From: an uncultured Acidimicrobiia bacterium
GTDB lineage: Bacteria; Actinomycetota; Acidimicrobiia; Spongiisociales; UBA11373
Direction: 5' to 3'
DNA length: 64,000 nucleotides
NCBI GenBank assembly: GCA_964614095.1
Contig: CAZTJO010000006.1
Coordinates: 4,735 to 68,734 of the forward strand
The notes beneath the pieces are model-generated. The model was not told the DNA's origin, searched no databases, and worked only from the letters and a program-made list of their open reading frames with translations. Every line of letters starts with the position of its first letter. Position 1 is the stretch's first letter. The translations under genes were made by a program, and so were the position numbers. Positions 39,446 through 49,267 of the stretch are shown one piece after another.

Positions 39446-40767
39446 GCCACACCTCCCGCGATGGCCACGGCCAGCCCTTCGAGACCTTCGGCACGCGACG
39501 CCTTCACGAGCACGATGTCTCCTTCTTGAAGAAACCTTCCGAGTAGAGAGCGCGCCTCATCGGCGGTAGCCGCGCTACGGCCGATGGGCCCCGCTCCTGC
39601 GGCAATCCCGGGATCGGCCCCAACAACCACCACGGCCGTGAAACCGAGTTCAAGAGTCAGTTCCCCCACCCGCCGGTGCGCCTCCGCCTCGAACTCCCCC
39701 AGCTCGTGCATCTTGCCGAGCACCGCGATGCGGCGACCCTCGAGTGCCGCAACGGTTTCCAGCGCCGCCGCCATCGAGTCGGGATTGGCGTTGTACGAGT
39801 CGTTGATCACGGTGACCGCGCCCTCGAGGACCTCCATACGCCAGGGCGACACGACGGCTTCTCCTACGCGGACCGCGGCCGAAAAGAACCGGGCACCCAG
39901 TGCTACCGCTGCGGCCACCGCCGCGGCGGCGTTTCGCGCCTGATGGCGCCCGGCGGCGCGCAGTGATACCGCGACGGACTCTCCGCCGTGATGCAGGTCG
40001 AAGGACGGCCGGCCGCATCGATCCAGGCGGAGCCCGCCGACCGCCACATCGGCATCGGGCCCCTCGCCAAAGGTGAGAAGCGGATCGCCGCCGCGTCGTT
40101 CCAAAAGACGCTTGTCCTCGATAGGCAGCACGGCTGTGCCGTTCGGCGCCAGCGCCTCCACCAGCTCCCACTTGGAGGCAAGAACGCTCTCGACATCACC
40201 AAAGGTCTCCAGATGGGCTCGACCCACGTAGGTGATCACCGCCACATCGGGACGTATGACGGGAGCCAAGAGGGTGATGTGGCCCCGTCCTCGGCTGCCC
40301 ACCTCGATGATGAGCGACGAGGCACCGTCCGGCGTCGACAGCACCGTGAGCGGAACGCCGATCTCGTTGTTGTAGGACTGTGGAGCGGAGTGGGCGCCCG
40401 GTCCGGCCGCCGCAGCCAGCATGTCTTTTGTGGTCGTCTTCCCTGAGGAGCCGGTAACGGCTGCCACCGGTACGGCAATCTCGCCGCGGCGTGCCTCGGC
40501 CAGACGGCGCAGGGCTTCGAGCGTGTCCGTTACCTCCACGACGCCCACACCGGCGCCTCCGCGCCCGTGCTCTACCAGGATGGCGGCGGCGCCGGCTGCC
40601 ACGGCCTCGGCAATGTACCCATGGCCGTCTGCCCGGTCACCGCGCAGCGCCACAAAAAGGTCACCGGCGGCCACATGGCGGGAGTCGATGGCCACACCCG
40701 TCACCTCAGCAGAGCCGGTGGCCACGCCATCGACGGCTGCAGCGATGGTGGCGAGGTCCCACTTCAT
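39442..40767 (-). CDS. murF: UDP-N-acetylmuramoyl-tripeptide--D-alanyl-D-alanine ligase
   Basis: VTGSSGKTTTKDM Mur ligase P-loop, in the conserved position in the gene order. Confidence 0.9.
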   Translation of the reverse strand: MKWDLATIAAAVDGVATGSAEVTGVAIDSRHVAAGDLFVALRGDRADGHGYIAEAVAAGAAAILVEHGRGGAGVGVVEVTDTLEALRRLAEARRGEIAVPVAAVTGSSGKTTTKDMLAAAAGPGAHSAPQSYNNEIGVPLTVLSTPDGASSLIIEVGSRGRGHITLLAPVIRPDVAVITYVGRAHLETFGDVESVLASKWELVEALAPNGTAVLPIEDKRLLERRGGDPLLTFGEGPDADVAVGGLRLDRCGRPSFDLHHGGESVAVSLRAAGRHQARNAAAAVAAAVALGARFFSAAVRVGEAVVSPWRMEVLEGAVTVINDSYNANPDSMAAALETVAALEGRRIAVLGKMHELGEFEAEAHRRVGELTLELGFTAVVVVGADPGIAAGAGPIGRSAATADEARSLLGRFLQEGDIVLVKASRAEGLEGLAVAIAGGVA

Positions 40768-42221
40768 ACCGAACCCGCCTCCTCGAGCGCAACGACACGA
40801 TCGTCGAATGGCACGACACGATCGGCAAATTCCTGCAGTGGCTCGTGACCTTTCCCGAGTATGAGCACGATGTCACCGGGGCGGGCGGCACCCAGTGCGC
40901 TTCTGATGGCGAGGCGCCGATCGATCTCGCAGTACACGTCGGCGGCTCCTCCCGCCGCTCCCGTCGACACCTCCGCCAAAATGGCCGCAGGGTCCTCGGA
41001 GCGGGGATTGTCCGAGGTGAAGAATGTGAGGTCGGCCCGGGCTGCCGCCGCACCCATGAGGGGCCTCTTGGCCCGGTCCCGATCCCCACCGGCGCCGAGA
41101 ACGACAATCACCCTCGCCCCGCCCACCAGTCGCCGCGCCGCGTTGATGACCGAAGCCACCCCTTCGGGCGTGTGGGCGTAATCGACGACAACGGAATACT
41201 CCTTCCCTACCGCAACAGCCTCAAAACGGCCCGGCACCGACTCCACGGATGTAATGCCGGCGGCGATGCTATCCGACCTGATGTTTACCGCCGCCGCGCA
41301 CGCCGCAGCCACCAGGGCGTTGGCCACGTTGAAGTCCCCGGCCAGCTTCAGATCGACGGCGGTCTCCTCGCCGGCGCCTGTGAGCACAAACGAAGATCCG
41401 TCCAGCCTCATCTTCAGGGCCCGCGCCGACACGTCGGCCCCCGGATCGAGACCGACCGTGGTCACCGGCAGCTTGGTCTCACGGGCGAGCCGCCGGCCAG
41501 CGGGATCGTCGACCCAGATGATGGCGCGCCCGGCAGATTCTGGCTCAAAAAGGGTGGCCTTGGCCTCGTAGTAACTCTCCATGCTGCCGTGGAAGTCGAG
41601 ATGGTCCTGAGACAGGTTGGTGAAGGCAACGGCGGCAAAGCGGGTGGCCGCCACCCGGCCCAGGGTCAGGGCATGCGACGACACCTCCACGGCAGCAACG
41701 TCGACTCCGCCGTCGGCCATGGAGGCCAGCAGCCTCTGGAAATCGGAAGCCTCGGGTGTGGTACGCGGCACCTCAACCGGGATCGAGCCGATCCGAGCGC
41801 CGACTGTGCCCACCAGGCCCGATTTCAGTCCTGCCGCCGATACCATCGCCTCGAGCAGATGGGTCGCCGTCGTCTTGCCGTTGGTACCGGTGATGCCGAC
41901 CACCTTGAGGCGGTTCGAAGGGTGGCCGTGTACCCGTGCCGCCAGTGGCGCCAGCGCCGATCGTGTGTTGGACACGACGATGGCGGGCCCGCCGTCTCCC
42001 GGATCGTGTTCCACGCAGACCGCTGCGGCGCCCGCCGCACGGGCCTCCGGGATGTAGCGATGACCGTCGGTCTGAAAACCACGCACCGCGACAAAGATCA
42101 CGCCGGGACCCGCAGATCGTGAGTCGTGGCTGACGTCGGCCGCCACGATCCCCGGGTTGCCGACCACCCGTCCGCCCACTTCGGCCGCAAGCTCCCCGAG
42201 ACTGACACGACTACTCGGCAT
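40764..42221 (-). CDS. murE: UDP-N-acetylmuramoyl-L-alanyl-D-glutamate--2,6-diaminopimelate ligase
   Basis: ITGTNGKTTATHLL and a DNPR motif (TSDNPRSEDP). Confidence 0.92.
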   Translation of the reverse strand: MPSSRVSLGELAAEVGGRVVGNPGIVAADVSHDSRSAGPGVIFVAVRGFQTDGHRYIPEARAAGAAAVCVEHDPGDGGPAIVVSNTRSALAPLAARVHGHPSNRLKVVGITGTNGKTTATHLLEAMVSAAGLKSGLVGTVGARIGSIPVEVPRTTPEASDFQRLLASMADGGVDVAAVEVSSHALTLGRVAATRFAAVAFTNLSQDHLDFHGSMESYYEAKATLFEPESAGRAIIWVDDPAGRRLARETKLPVTTVGLDPGADVSARALKMRLDGSSFVLTGAGEETAVDLKLAGDFNVANALVAAACAAAVNIRSDSIAAGITSVESVPGRFEAVAVGKEYSVVVDYAHTPEGVASVINAARRLVGGARVIVVLGAGGDRDRAKRPLMGAAAARADLTFFTSDNPRSEDPAAILAEVSTGAAGGAADVYCEIDRRLAIRSALGAARPGDIVLILGKGHEPLQEFADRVVPFDDRVVALEEAGSV

Positions 42222-43926
42222 CGGGAGGCACTCCCAGCTGATGCAGGGCGGCCAGAGTCACCACGGCGAACGCCGGAGCCGCCCCGCGGCCGCCGCTGGC
42301 ATCGCCCTGCGGAGCATCGAGAACAACCGCAACCACGATCCGAGGATCGTCGATGGGGGCAAGACCAATAAACGAAGCCACCACGTCGTCCTCGCTGTAC
42401 CCCTGGGCGTCGGTCAGATACTTCTGCGTTGTGCCCGTCTTCCCTCCAACGCTGTATCCCTCAACGGCGGCGAGAGAGCCGGTGCCACTGGCAACCACCG
42501 CCTCGAGCATGCTGCGCATGCTCTGCGCCGTCTCCACCGACACCACAACACGCCGCTCAGGCTCCACTGCCCGGCGGGTGCCGCTGCCATCCACGATCTC
42601 GGCCACCAGATGCGGCTGCACCCAGACCCCATCGTTGGCAATGACCGAGTACACCATTGCCTGCTGCAGCGCCGTGACCGAGACGTGGTAGCCAATCGAG
42701 GTGCCGGCTACACACGTCGTCACACACCACTCGTCGGCCGGACGCAGCACACCACTGGCCTCGCCCGGGAAATCGATTCCGCTCGGCTGGCCCTGGCCGA
42801 ATGCCGTCATGTAGGCGTGAAGCTGCCGGGCGCCGAGCATTTCGCCGAGGAGGATGGTCCCGAGGTTGGAGGATTGCGCCACGATCTCGGTGACCGTCAG
42901 CAGATCGGAGTGCTCGGTGAAATCTTCGAACACGGTGTCCTCGATCTCGATGCGGTCGGGGATCTCCAAAGTCGTCCACGGGCCCACGATGCCGGACTCG
43001 AGAGCTGCGGCCACGGTGACCAGCTTCTGTGTGGAGCCGGGCTCGAAGACATCGGTGACCGCCCGGTTTCGGATGACGTCGGCGTCGGAATCGCTCCGGT
43101 TGTTCGGATCGAAGCTGGGCAGATTGACCATGGCCAGCACCTCGCCGGTGCGTGGATCCAGCACGACAATGGAACCGGCGCGAGCCCCGGTGCGCTCCAG
43201 AGCATCCTCGAGCGCCAGGCGGGCCGCGTACTGGATCTCGACCTTGATGGTCAAGACCAGATCGCTGCCCGGCTCGGCCGGCACCACCGAGTACTCCCCC
43301 TGAGGAATGGTCCGCCCTTGTGGATCCTTCTCGACCAGCAGCTCGCCCGGAGCGCCGGCAAGGGCCTCGTCGTACTGGTACTCGATACCCTCGATACCGA
43401 CGTTGTCGTCGGGCCGGACGAACCCGATGATGTGCGCGGTGAGGCTGCCGACCGGGTAGACCCGCTTCGGTTCGCTGAGGAAGTACACGCCGGGCAGCTG
43501 GGCAGCCTGCACGATCTCTGCGTCCTCCCTGTCCATCTGCCGGGCGATGTAGATGAAGGAGGCGTCGGCCGACAGCAGCTCCTCCACCGGCGCCGCTTCC
43601 CGGCCCAGCAGCGGCGCCAGAAGGAGGGCCACGGTCTCGGGATCTGAGATCTCCCGCGGGTTGGCGTAGATGGTGACTGCATCGATCGTCACCGCCAGCT
43701 CTTGACCGTCACGATCGAAGATCGTGCCCCGATCGGCGGCCAGAATCTCCCGGTGGAGCCGCTGATCGAGACCCTGGGCTGCATAATCCTCGGACTGGAG
43801 AGCCTGTACGATCACCAGGCGCACGCCAAGGGCAACCCAAGCGACGGCGAGAACGACGCCGACGGTTATAAGGCGGGCGTTGAGCCAGCGGCGCTTCCGC
43901 ACTCTGACAACGGTCGGTTGATGCAC
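42211..43926 (-). CDS. ftsI: Penicillin-binding protein (class B transpeptidase, FtsI-like)
   Basis: N-terminal transmembrane anchor, a dimerisation domain, and the STQK, SSN and KTGT motifs (GSTQKLVT, SSNLG, GKTGTTQ). Confidence 0.9.
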   Translation of the reverse strand: MHQPTVVRVRKRRWLNARLITVGVVLAVAWVALGVRLVIVQALQSEDYAAQGLDQRLHREILAADRGTIFDRDGQELAVTIDAVTIYANPREISDPETVALLLAPLLGREAAPVEELLSADASFIYIARQMDREDAEIVQAAQLPGVYFLSEPKRVYPVGSLTAHIIGFVRPDDNVGIEGIEYQYDEALAGAPGELLVEKDPQGRTIPQGEYSVVPAEPGSDLVLTIKVEIQYAARLALEDALERTGARAGSIVVLDPRTGEVLAMVNLPSFDPNNRSDSDADVIRNRAVTDVFEPGSTQKLVTVAAALESGIVGPWTTLEIPDRIEIEDTVFEDFTEHSDLLTVTEIVAQSSNLGTILLGEMLGARQLHAYMTAFGQGQPSGIDFPGEASGVLRPADEWCVTTCVAGTSIGYHVSVTALQQAMVYSVIANDGVWVQPHLVAEIVDGSGTRRAVEPERRVVVSVETAQSMRSMLEAVVASGTGSLAAVEGYSVGGKTGTTQKYLTDAQGYSEDDVVASFIGLAPIDDPRIVVAVVLDAPQGDASGGRGAAPAFAVVTLAALHQLGVPPDAE

Positions 43927-43953
43927 CTCAAGCCCCCTGCCTAAAGCGCCGGA

Positions 43954-44361
43954 TCATGGCTGCGCGCCGAGGAGGGCCTTGAGGTCCACCCAGCGGTCTT
44001 CTGCATTCCCGCTGGGAACGACAATGCCACTCACCTCGACGGTACGCACCTCCGAGGGGTAGACGAGGCCGATCTCTTGCGCCAGCTCGGTGATGCGGTC
44101 GGGAGACAGCAGCTCGGCCGCCTCGAGCCGAAGCTCCCAGTAGCGCGTCTCTGCAGCTTCGAGTTGCTGCTCCACGTCTTCAAGCACGAAGGCGGAATGA
44201 TCGAGTGTCACCCGTGAGTAGATGAGGAGAAAAAAAGCCGCCACCACGGTGAGCGTGATCAGAAGCCAGGCGCGTAAGCGCGGCGCCCGATGCTGCCGTC
44301 CGGCGATCACTCGGAGCGGCGGTCGCTCGACGGCCCCCACGTGCCCGAGCCACGCCGTCAT
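43954..44361 (-). CDS. ftsL: Cell division protein FtsL-like (septum formation initiator)
   Basis: A single transmembrane helix plus a coiled coil, positioned between rsmH and ftsI. Confidence 0.65.
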   Translation of the reverse strand: MTAWLGHVGAVERPPLRVIAGRQHRAPRLRAWLLITLTVVAAFFLLIYSRVTLDHSAFVLEDVEQQLEAAETRYWELRLEAAELLSPDRITELAQEIGLVYPSEVRTVEVSGIVVPSGNAEDRWVDLKALLGAQP

Positions 44362-45281
44362 GACGCCTCTACCTCCGCAGCACGGAGACGGGCGCTCCTG
44401 ATCCGAGGATTGGCCAACACCTCGGCCGGCCCCGGCCGCACCGGCCTGCGAGTCAGCAGGCGCAATTCGGCGCTCTTCCCGCAGCCACAGACCGGGAGAT
44501 CAGGTGGGCACACACACCCACGCGCCGCCTCGACGAAGCGGCGCTTGACCAGACGATCCTCCAGTGAGTGGTAGGAGATCACCACAGCCCGGCCTCCCTC
44601 TCGCAGCACGCGGAGTGCCGCGTCGAGCCCGTCGGCGAGTGCTCCCAACTCGTCGTTGACGACGATACGGAGAGCCTGGAACGTGCGGCGGGCCGGGTGA
44701 CCCGCTCTCCGGGCCCGAGCGGGCACGGCTCCGGATACGACCTCGGCAAGCTGCGTGGTGTCAACGAGGGGACGCGCGGCGACGATAGCTCTCGCGATAC
44801 GCGCCGACCACCGTTCTTCGCCGTATCGCCCGATGGCGCCGGCGAGGCTTTGCTCGTCCCAGGTGTTGACGATCTCATCGGCCGTGAAGGCCGCGTCCGG
44901 CCCCATGCGCATGTCGAGGGGACCACTTCGCTGATAGGAAAACCCTCGGTACCCCACGTCGAGCTGATGTGACGAGACGCCGAGGTCAAAAAGGACTCCA
45001 TCAATCTCACCGAGGCCCTCCTCCTTCAATACCGTTTCGAGCTTGCGGAAGTCTTCCTGGTAGAACACCACCCGGCCGGCAAGCGGGGCGGCCTGGGCCG
45101 CGGCGTCCCCATCCCGGTCGACGGCCACCACTCGGATGTCGGGCATCGCCGCGAGCAGGGCTCGGGAATGCCCTCCACCACCAAAGGTGGCATCGACAAT
45201 CACTCCCCTCCCGAGCGGCCGAAGCATCTCCACCACCGGGCCGGTCAGCGCCGGCACGTGATACGGGCGTTCGTTTCGGCT
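44358..45281 (-). CDS. rsmH: 16S rRNA (cytosine1402-N4)-methyltransferase RsmH (MraW)
   Basis: YHVPAL..VDATFGGGGHS...DLGVSSHQLD. The start is approximate. Confidence 0.9.
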   Translation of the reverse strand, partial: SRNERPYHVPALTGPVVEMLRPLGRGVIVDATFGGGGHSRALLAAMPDIRVVAVDRDGDAAAQAAPLAGRVVFYQEDFRKLETVLKEEGLGEIDGVLFDLGVSSHQLDVGYRGFSYQRSGPLDMRMGPDAAFTADEIVNTWDEQSLAGAIGRYGEERWSARIARAIVAARPLVDTTQLAEVVSGAVPARARRAGHPARRTFQALRIVVNDELGALADGLDAALRVLREGGRAVVISYHSLEDRLVKRRFVEAARGCVCPPDLPVCGCGKSAELRLLTRRPVRPGPAEVLANPRIRSARLRAAEVEAS

Positions 45282-45402
45282 CACCTTCAGCCCCCCGGAG
45301 CGCTGGCGCCAAGTAGGAAGCGGGCGGAAGGAGGGGCATTCCACGTGGCATCCGGGGGGCTGGGGCTGAGCCGAGGGCACGGCACGGAGCGGAGTAGATC
45401 AC

Positions 45403-45834
45403 TCAGATCGCCTCCCCTCCGGCGGGTGTCTCAATACCGGCGTACTGCACGTCGGCCTGAGCCGAGTAGTCGCTCCAGGCTTGTGAGTCCCAAATCTCGA
45501 GGCAGTCGCCGACGCCGATGATCGAGACTTCCTTGTCTATCCCGGCATAGGTCCGCAGCGCCTCCACGATGAGGACCCGGCCCTGCTTGTCCAGGGTCTG
45601 CTCGTCGGCGCCACCAAAAACCACGCGCCGGCGCTCGCGGACGGTCAGCTCATCGCGCGATTGGGACACCAGCTGCTCGGATTCGTTGTCCCACTTCCTC
45701 TGGGGGAATACGACCAAGCAGCGCTCCTGGCCTTTGGCGACGATCAAACCGTCGGACAGACGGCGACGAAACTTGCTGGGCATCACCAGCCGGCCTTTTT
45801 CATCGACGCTGTGCTGGTGCTCGCCGAGGAACAT
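45403..45834 (-). CDS. mraZ: Transcriptional regulator MraZ
   Basis: Two tandem MraZ/UPF0040 repeats (MFLGEHQHSVDEKGRLVMPSKFR...). Confidence 0.92.
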   Translation of the reverse strand: MFLGEHQHSVDEKGRLVMPSKFRRRLSDGLIVAKGQERCLVVFPQRKWDNESEQLVSQSRDELTVRERRRVVFGGADEQTLDKQGRVLIVEALRTYAGIDKEVSIIGVGDCLEIWDSQAWSDYSAQADVQYAGIETPAGGEAI

Positions 45835-45940
45835 TGGTGCGGTACCTCATCTCCGTCAGGTCTGTCGGCTCCCTCCACAGAGGGTGCCGGGCGGGCCGAG
45901 CCGGCAGCGGCTCCAGCCACGACTTCCTTTGTTCTCCTCA

Positions 45941-45995
45941 CGCCCCACTTTATACCCTTTTGCCCCACCTGGCAACACTAATGCCCCACCTGGTG
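45941..45995 (-). promoter_or_regulatory. Candidate MraZ operator: three direct repeats AAAGTGGGG / AGGTGGGG / AGGTGGGG on the mraZ coding strand, about 110-190 bp upstream of mraZ
   Basis: On the plus strand, cgccccacttt, tgccccacctgg and tgccccacctgg start at 45941, 45961 and 45982, spaced 20-21 bp apart. This matches the MraZ-box consensus GTG[GT]G repeats. Confidence 0.5.
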
Positions 45996-46051
45996 ATGAA
46001 ATCCGCCCGGACAGAGGCGGCTCAGCCCCACGCCGGGTAGCCTCCGCAGAC

Positions 46052-46789
46052 ATGTTGGACGGACGCCGCGTGCTCGTCACCGGGGGCTCATCGGGCATCG
46101 GTCGTGGGCTGGTGCGCGCTTTTGCCGCCCACGGCGCCCTGGTGTTTTCCGTAGCACGCCGCGCCGAAGCCCTTGCCGAGACCATCTCCGGCATCGAGCC
46201 GGGCCGCGCCCGTGCCATTGCAGCCGACATCACCAGCGATGCCGGCCGGCGTGCCGTGGTCACCGCCGTGCACCACGCCGGAGCCGCCCTCGACGTCGCC
46301 ATCCACGCTGCCGGCGCCCTGGGACCCGTCGGTGCTGCCGGGCGCCTCGCCGACTACCCGGCCGAGGAATGGCGCCGCGTGCTCGAGGTCAATCTGTCGG
46401 CCGTCCACTTTCTTCACCAGCGCCTGGCTCCGTTTCTCGACCGCGGCGAGGCGCCCGCGGTCATCGGGGTTTCGAGCACCGTGGGCCGGGCCGGGCGCGC
46501 CGGCTGGGGCATTTACTCCATCTCCAAGCGTGCTCTCGAAGGTTGGCTGGAGGTGCTCGCCGAAGAGTGGGACGGCCGGGTCTACTCGGTGAATCCGGGA
46601 GGCACCCGTACCCCGATGCGCGCCGTGGCCATGCCGGAGGAAGATCCGGCGACTCTGCCCACACCGGCCGATATCGCTCCCTTGTTCTTGCGGCTGGCTC
46701 ATCCGCTGGCCCCGGAGCCGTCGGGCGCCAAACTCGATGCCCGCGATTGGGTCGGCAAGGACCCCTGGGAAGGCATCGCGACTGCGTAG
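46052..46789 (+). CDS. SDR-family oxidoreductase
   Basis: The TGGSSGIGRG Rossmann motif, and YSISK carrying the catalytic Tyr/Lys. Confidence 0.85.
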   Translation: MLDGRRVLVTGGSSGIGRGLVRAFAAHGALVFSVARRAEALAETISGIEPGRARAIAADITSDAGRRAVVTAVHHAGAALDVAIHAAGALGPVGAAGRLADYPAEEWRRVLEVNLSAVHFLHQRLAPFLDRGEAPAVIGVSSTVGRAGRAGWGIYSISKRALEGWLEVLAEEWDGRVYSVNPGGTRTPMRAVAMPEEDPATLPTPADIAPLFLRLAHPLAPEPSGAKLDARDWVGKDPWEGIATA

Positions 46790-46817
46790 GCTGGACGAAG
46801 ACCAGAAAGGAGCAGTG

Positions 46818-47141
46818 ATGAACGACTACGAGCCGGGCGCTCCTGCGCTTCGAGAACGACCGAACCTGTGGATCGGACCCACGATCTTCCTGGCCGTTCT
46901 GGTCACGCTGGTGCTCATCCTGATCTTCTCGAACACCGAGTCGACCAAGGTTGGGTTCGCCGGCTACACCGTCACCGACAGTGCTCCGCGATGGCTGATC
47001 CTGGCGATCACATTTGCCGCCGGAGCCCTGTTCACGCCTATCTCCGGCTGGGCTTGGCGCACGTTTCGCCGCCGGCGGCGTCGTCTCAAGGCCGAGGTCA
47101 ACGATCAGCAGCAGCACCGTCCCGAACCCGACGAGAACTGA
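46818..47141 (+). CDS. Small membrane protein (LapA/DUF1049-like) with two transmembrane helices and an Arg-rich cytoplasmic tail
   Basis: MNDYEP...IFLAVLVTLVLILIF...LILAITFAAGALF...RRRRRRLKAE. Confidence 0.55.
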   Translation: MNDYEPGAPALRERPNLWIGPTIFLAVLVTLVLILIFSNTESTKVGFAGYTVTDSAPRWLILAITFAAGALFTPISGWAWRTFRRRRRRLKAEVNDQQQHRPEPDEN

Positions 47142-47144
47142 CGC

Positions 47145-47645
47145 CTACACGGCTTCCGCCAGATAGGGATGCCAGGAAGGATGGGGCGGCGCGCCGAGCC
47201 CGATGAGCAGCCACCCATTCTGATGCGGTGCGCCGGGTGAAGACAGCAGCCGCATTCCCACCTCCCGTGGGATGTGGTCGCCCTTGCGTGTGTTGCACCT
47301 GCGGCAGGCGGCCACAACGTTCTCCCAGGTATGGGTCCCTCCCCTCGAGCGCGGAATGACGTGATCCAGGTTCTCCGCCTGGCTTCCGCAGTACTGACAC
47401 CGGAACCGATCTCTGGAGAACACAGCGCGCCGGTTCAGCGGTACGCGGCGCCGGTAGGGAACACGCACGTAACGCAACAGACGAATCACCGACGGAACCG
47501 GAATACGCAGCTTCTCGGATGACCAATATCTGTTGTGCGATTCGACCAACTCAGCCTTCTCGTGCACCAGCAGAACCACGGCCCGTCGCGCCGAGACCAC
47601 CGACAGAGGCTCGTAGCTGGCGTTGAGCACAAGGGCATGTCCCAT
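47145..47645 (-). CDS. HNH endonuclease
   Basis: An HNH motif with zinc-binding cysteines: [39 protein letters not shown]. Confidence 0.85.
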   Translation of the reverse strand: MGHALVLNASYEPLSVVSARRAVVLLVHEKAELVESHNRYWSSEKLRIPVPSVIRLLRYVRVPYRRRVPLNRRAVFSRDRFRCQYCGSQAENLDHVIPRSRGGTHTWENVVAACRRCNTRKGDHIPREVGMRLLSSPGAPHQNGWLLIGLGAPPHPSWHPYLAEAV

Positions 47646-47747
47646 GGTGCGCGGATCGTACCAGCGCTGGCGCTGCCAGCTCACTGGTGCCACTCTAAGT
47701 GCCACAACACCACTCTCAGTTGTACACTGACGTGGAGGGAGGAACGT

Positions 47748-48281
47748 TTGCGCGTCGCCAGCTACGTTCGTGAATCGGCCGATCGCACCGTCGATCGAAC
47801 TGCATTCGCCCAGCAGGAAGAGCTGCGCCGCCACGCCGCCGCCCACGGGCTCCAAATCGTCGCTGTGTGTCAGGACAGCAGGCACGATGGTCGCACGCTG
47901 GGGCGCGACGGCTACCGCAGCCTGCTCGGCGTCATCCACGCCGGCAACGTCGACGCCGTTCTGCTGCCGGGGCTCGATACGCTTGCGTCGGATCTTGTCG
48001 TCCAGGAGATCATGCTCTGGGATCTCCGCTCCCGCGGCGTGCGCATCCTCTCAACCGACCCGGAAGACGTGGCCGTCCTTGGGTCCAAACAGGCCGATCC
48101 CGCCCGCATGCTGATCCGGGACGTGCTCGCCCGTCTCGGAGAGCACACCGAGATGATCGCCTCTGCCCCCGCGCCTCGAATCTCCAAGCCCGCCGAGGAT
48201 GACACCGATATCGTCATAATGCTCGTCGAAGACAAGGTCGAGGAGAAGACCGACGATCCGGATCGGGCGGCCGCCGGCTGA
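47748..48281 (+). CDS. Serine-recombinase (resolvase) catalytic-domain-like protein that is degenerate and lacks a C-terminal HTH
   Basis: TTG start with a GGAGGGAGG Shine-Dalgarno sequence. The protein aligns to the gamma-delta resolvase N-domain (YVRESAD ~ YARVSTS, with the Ser retained), but Thr and Asp replace the catalytic Arg residues of the DRLGR motif (LDTLASD). Confidence 0.5.
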   Translation: MRVASYVRESADRTVDRTAFAQQEELRRHAAAHGLQIVAVCQDSRHDGRTLGRDGYRSLLGVIHAGNVDAVLLPGLDTLASDLVVQEIMLWDLRSRGVRILSTDPEDVAVLGSKQADPARMLIRDVLARLGEHTEMIASAPAPRISKPAEDDTDIVIMLVEDKVEEKTDDPDRAAAG

Positions 48282-48289
48282 ATTCGACC

Positions 48290-48934
48290 CTACTGCAGAG
48301 CCAGCCAGGTGGCCCGGCCCACGGCATAGGCCCGGGAAGCGGCCACCAGGCAAGCACCGGCGCTCCGGAATCCCCCAGCTCCTTCAACAACAACGGTCAC
48401 CACCTCCGACGCCCCTGCCGCGGTCCACTCGACGGCGATGATGTTGGGAGCCGACCCTTGCGCCAGAGTGCCGACCGCGGCAATGACCGTGCGCATCAGG
48501 TCCTCCTCGGTGGCGGCACCCTCGAGCATCTCCTCCCTGCCATCCCGAGCCATCGCGGTCACGATCACCCCCGACGCACCCTCCTTGACCCCCACCGACT
48601 CCAGGCCCCCGGCCGGACCCGCCGGGGCCGTGTCTGAAGCCGCCAGCGGAGACCGGGGGGGCTCCACCACGAGGGCTTCGGCAGCCGGCAGCGGCGGGAC
48701 GGGCGCCTGAGGCGGCTCCAACTCGGACCCAGCCGCAACCCGCGATCGCATGCCGTGTGCCGCCAGGATTCGCTGCACCCCGGTGCGCACCGCGTCCGCA
48801 TCCGTCTCCGGTCCCAGGCGAATATGCACCCCGGTCGGGACCTCGCCGTTCGTCTCCACCTGTGCATCGGCGACTCCGGCAAGCGCGAGCAGCTCACTGC
48901 GCAGCGATTCGGTAGAAACGACACCGTCTCCCAT
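48290..48934 (-). CDS. Hypothetical protein with two internally similar halves
   Basis: The start is taken at MGDGVVS. The product is Ala/Val-rich and acidic, with no recognisable motif. Confidence 0.4.
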   Translation of the reverse strand: MGDGVVSTESLRSELLALAGVADAQVETNGEVPTGVHIRLGPETDADAVRTGVQRILAAHGMRSRVAAGSELEPPQAPVPPLPAAEALVVEPPRSPLAASDTAPAGPAGGLESVGVKEGASGVIVTAMARDGREEMLEGAATEEDLMRTVIAAVGTLAQGSAPNIIAVEWTAAGASEVVTVVVEGAGGFRSAGACLVAASRAYAVGRATWLALQ

Positions 48935-49164
48935 CACTCCACCCTCTGTCTCCGCCTCCACTCCAGGTAACGGATCAGATCGCCCGGTTCCAGCCCGGCA
49001 TCTCCGTCTCCGTACGCCGTGCTGAGCCTCCAGGCCAGATATTCCGACTCTGGCACGAATAGTAGCCGCTTCCACCACTCTTTGCATCCGTGCGCCTGGG
49101 CAGCTCGGAGCGCCTCGGGCCACAATCGTGGCCGCCGGAGCACGGCGAGGCCAAGACGAAGCAT
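48934..49164 (-). CDS. Hypothetical small protein of 77 aa
   Basis: MLRLGLAVLRRPRLWPEAL...ESEYLAWRLSTAYG...DLIRYLEWRRR. The upstream part of the long ORF is antisense to moxR. Confidence 0.35.
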   Translation of the reverse strand: MLRLGLAVLRRPRLWPEALRAAQAHGCKEWWKRLLFVPESEYLAWRLSTAYGDGDAGLEPGDLIRYLEWRRRQRVE

Positions 49165-49267
49165 CACACCGAGATCATAAGCCTGCGGTGGAGGCCTCAC
49201 GAATACAGACCTGTGCCGCGCTGATAATCTGACCCGACACACCTGGATCGAATGAAGGAGGCCCTGC

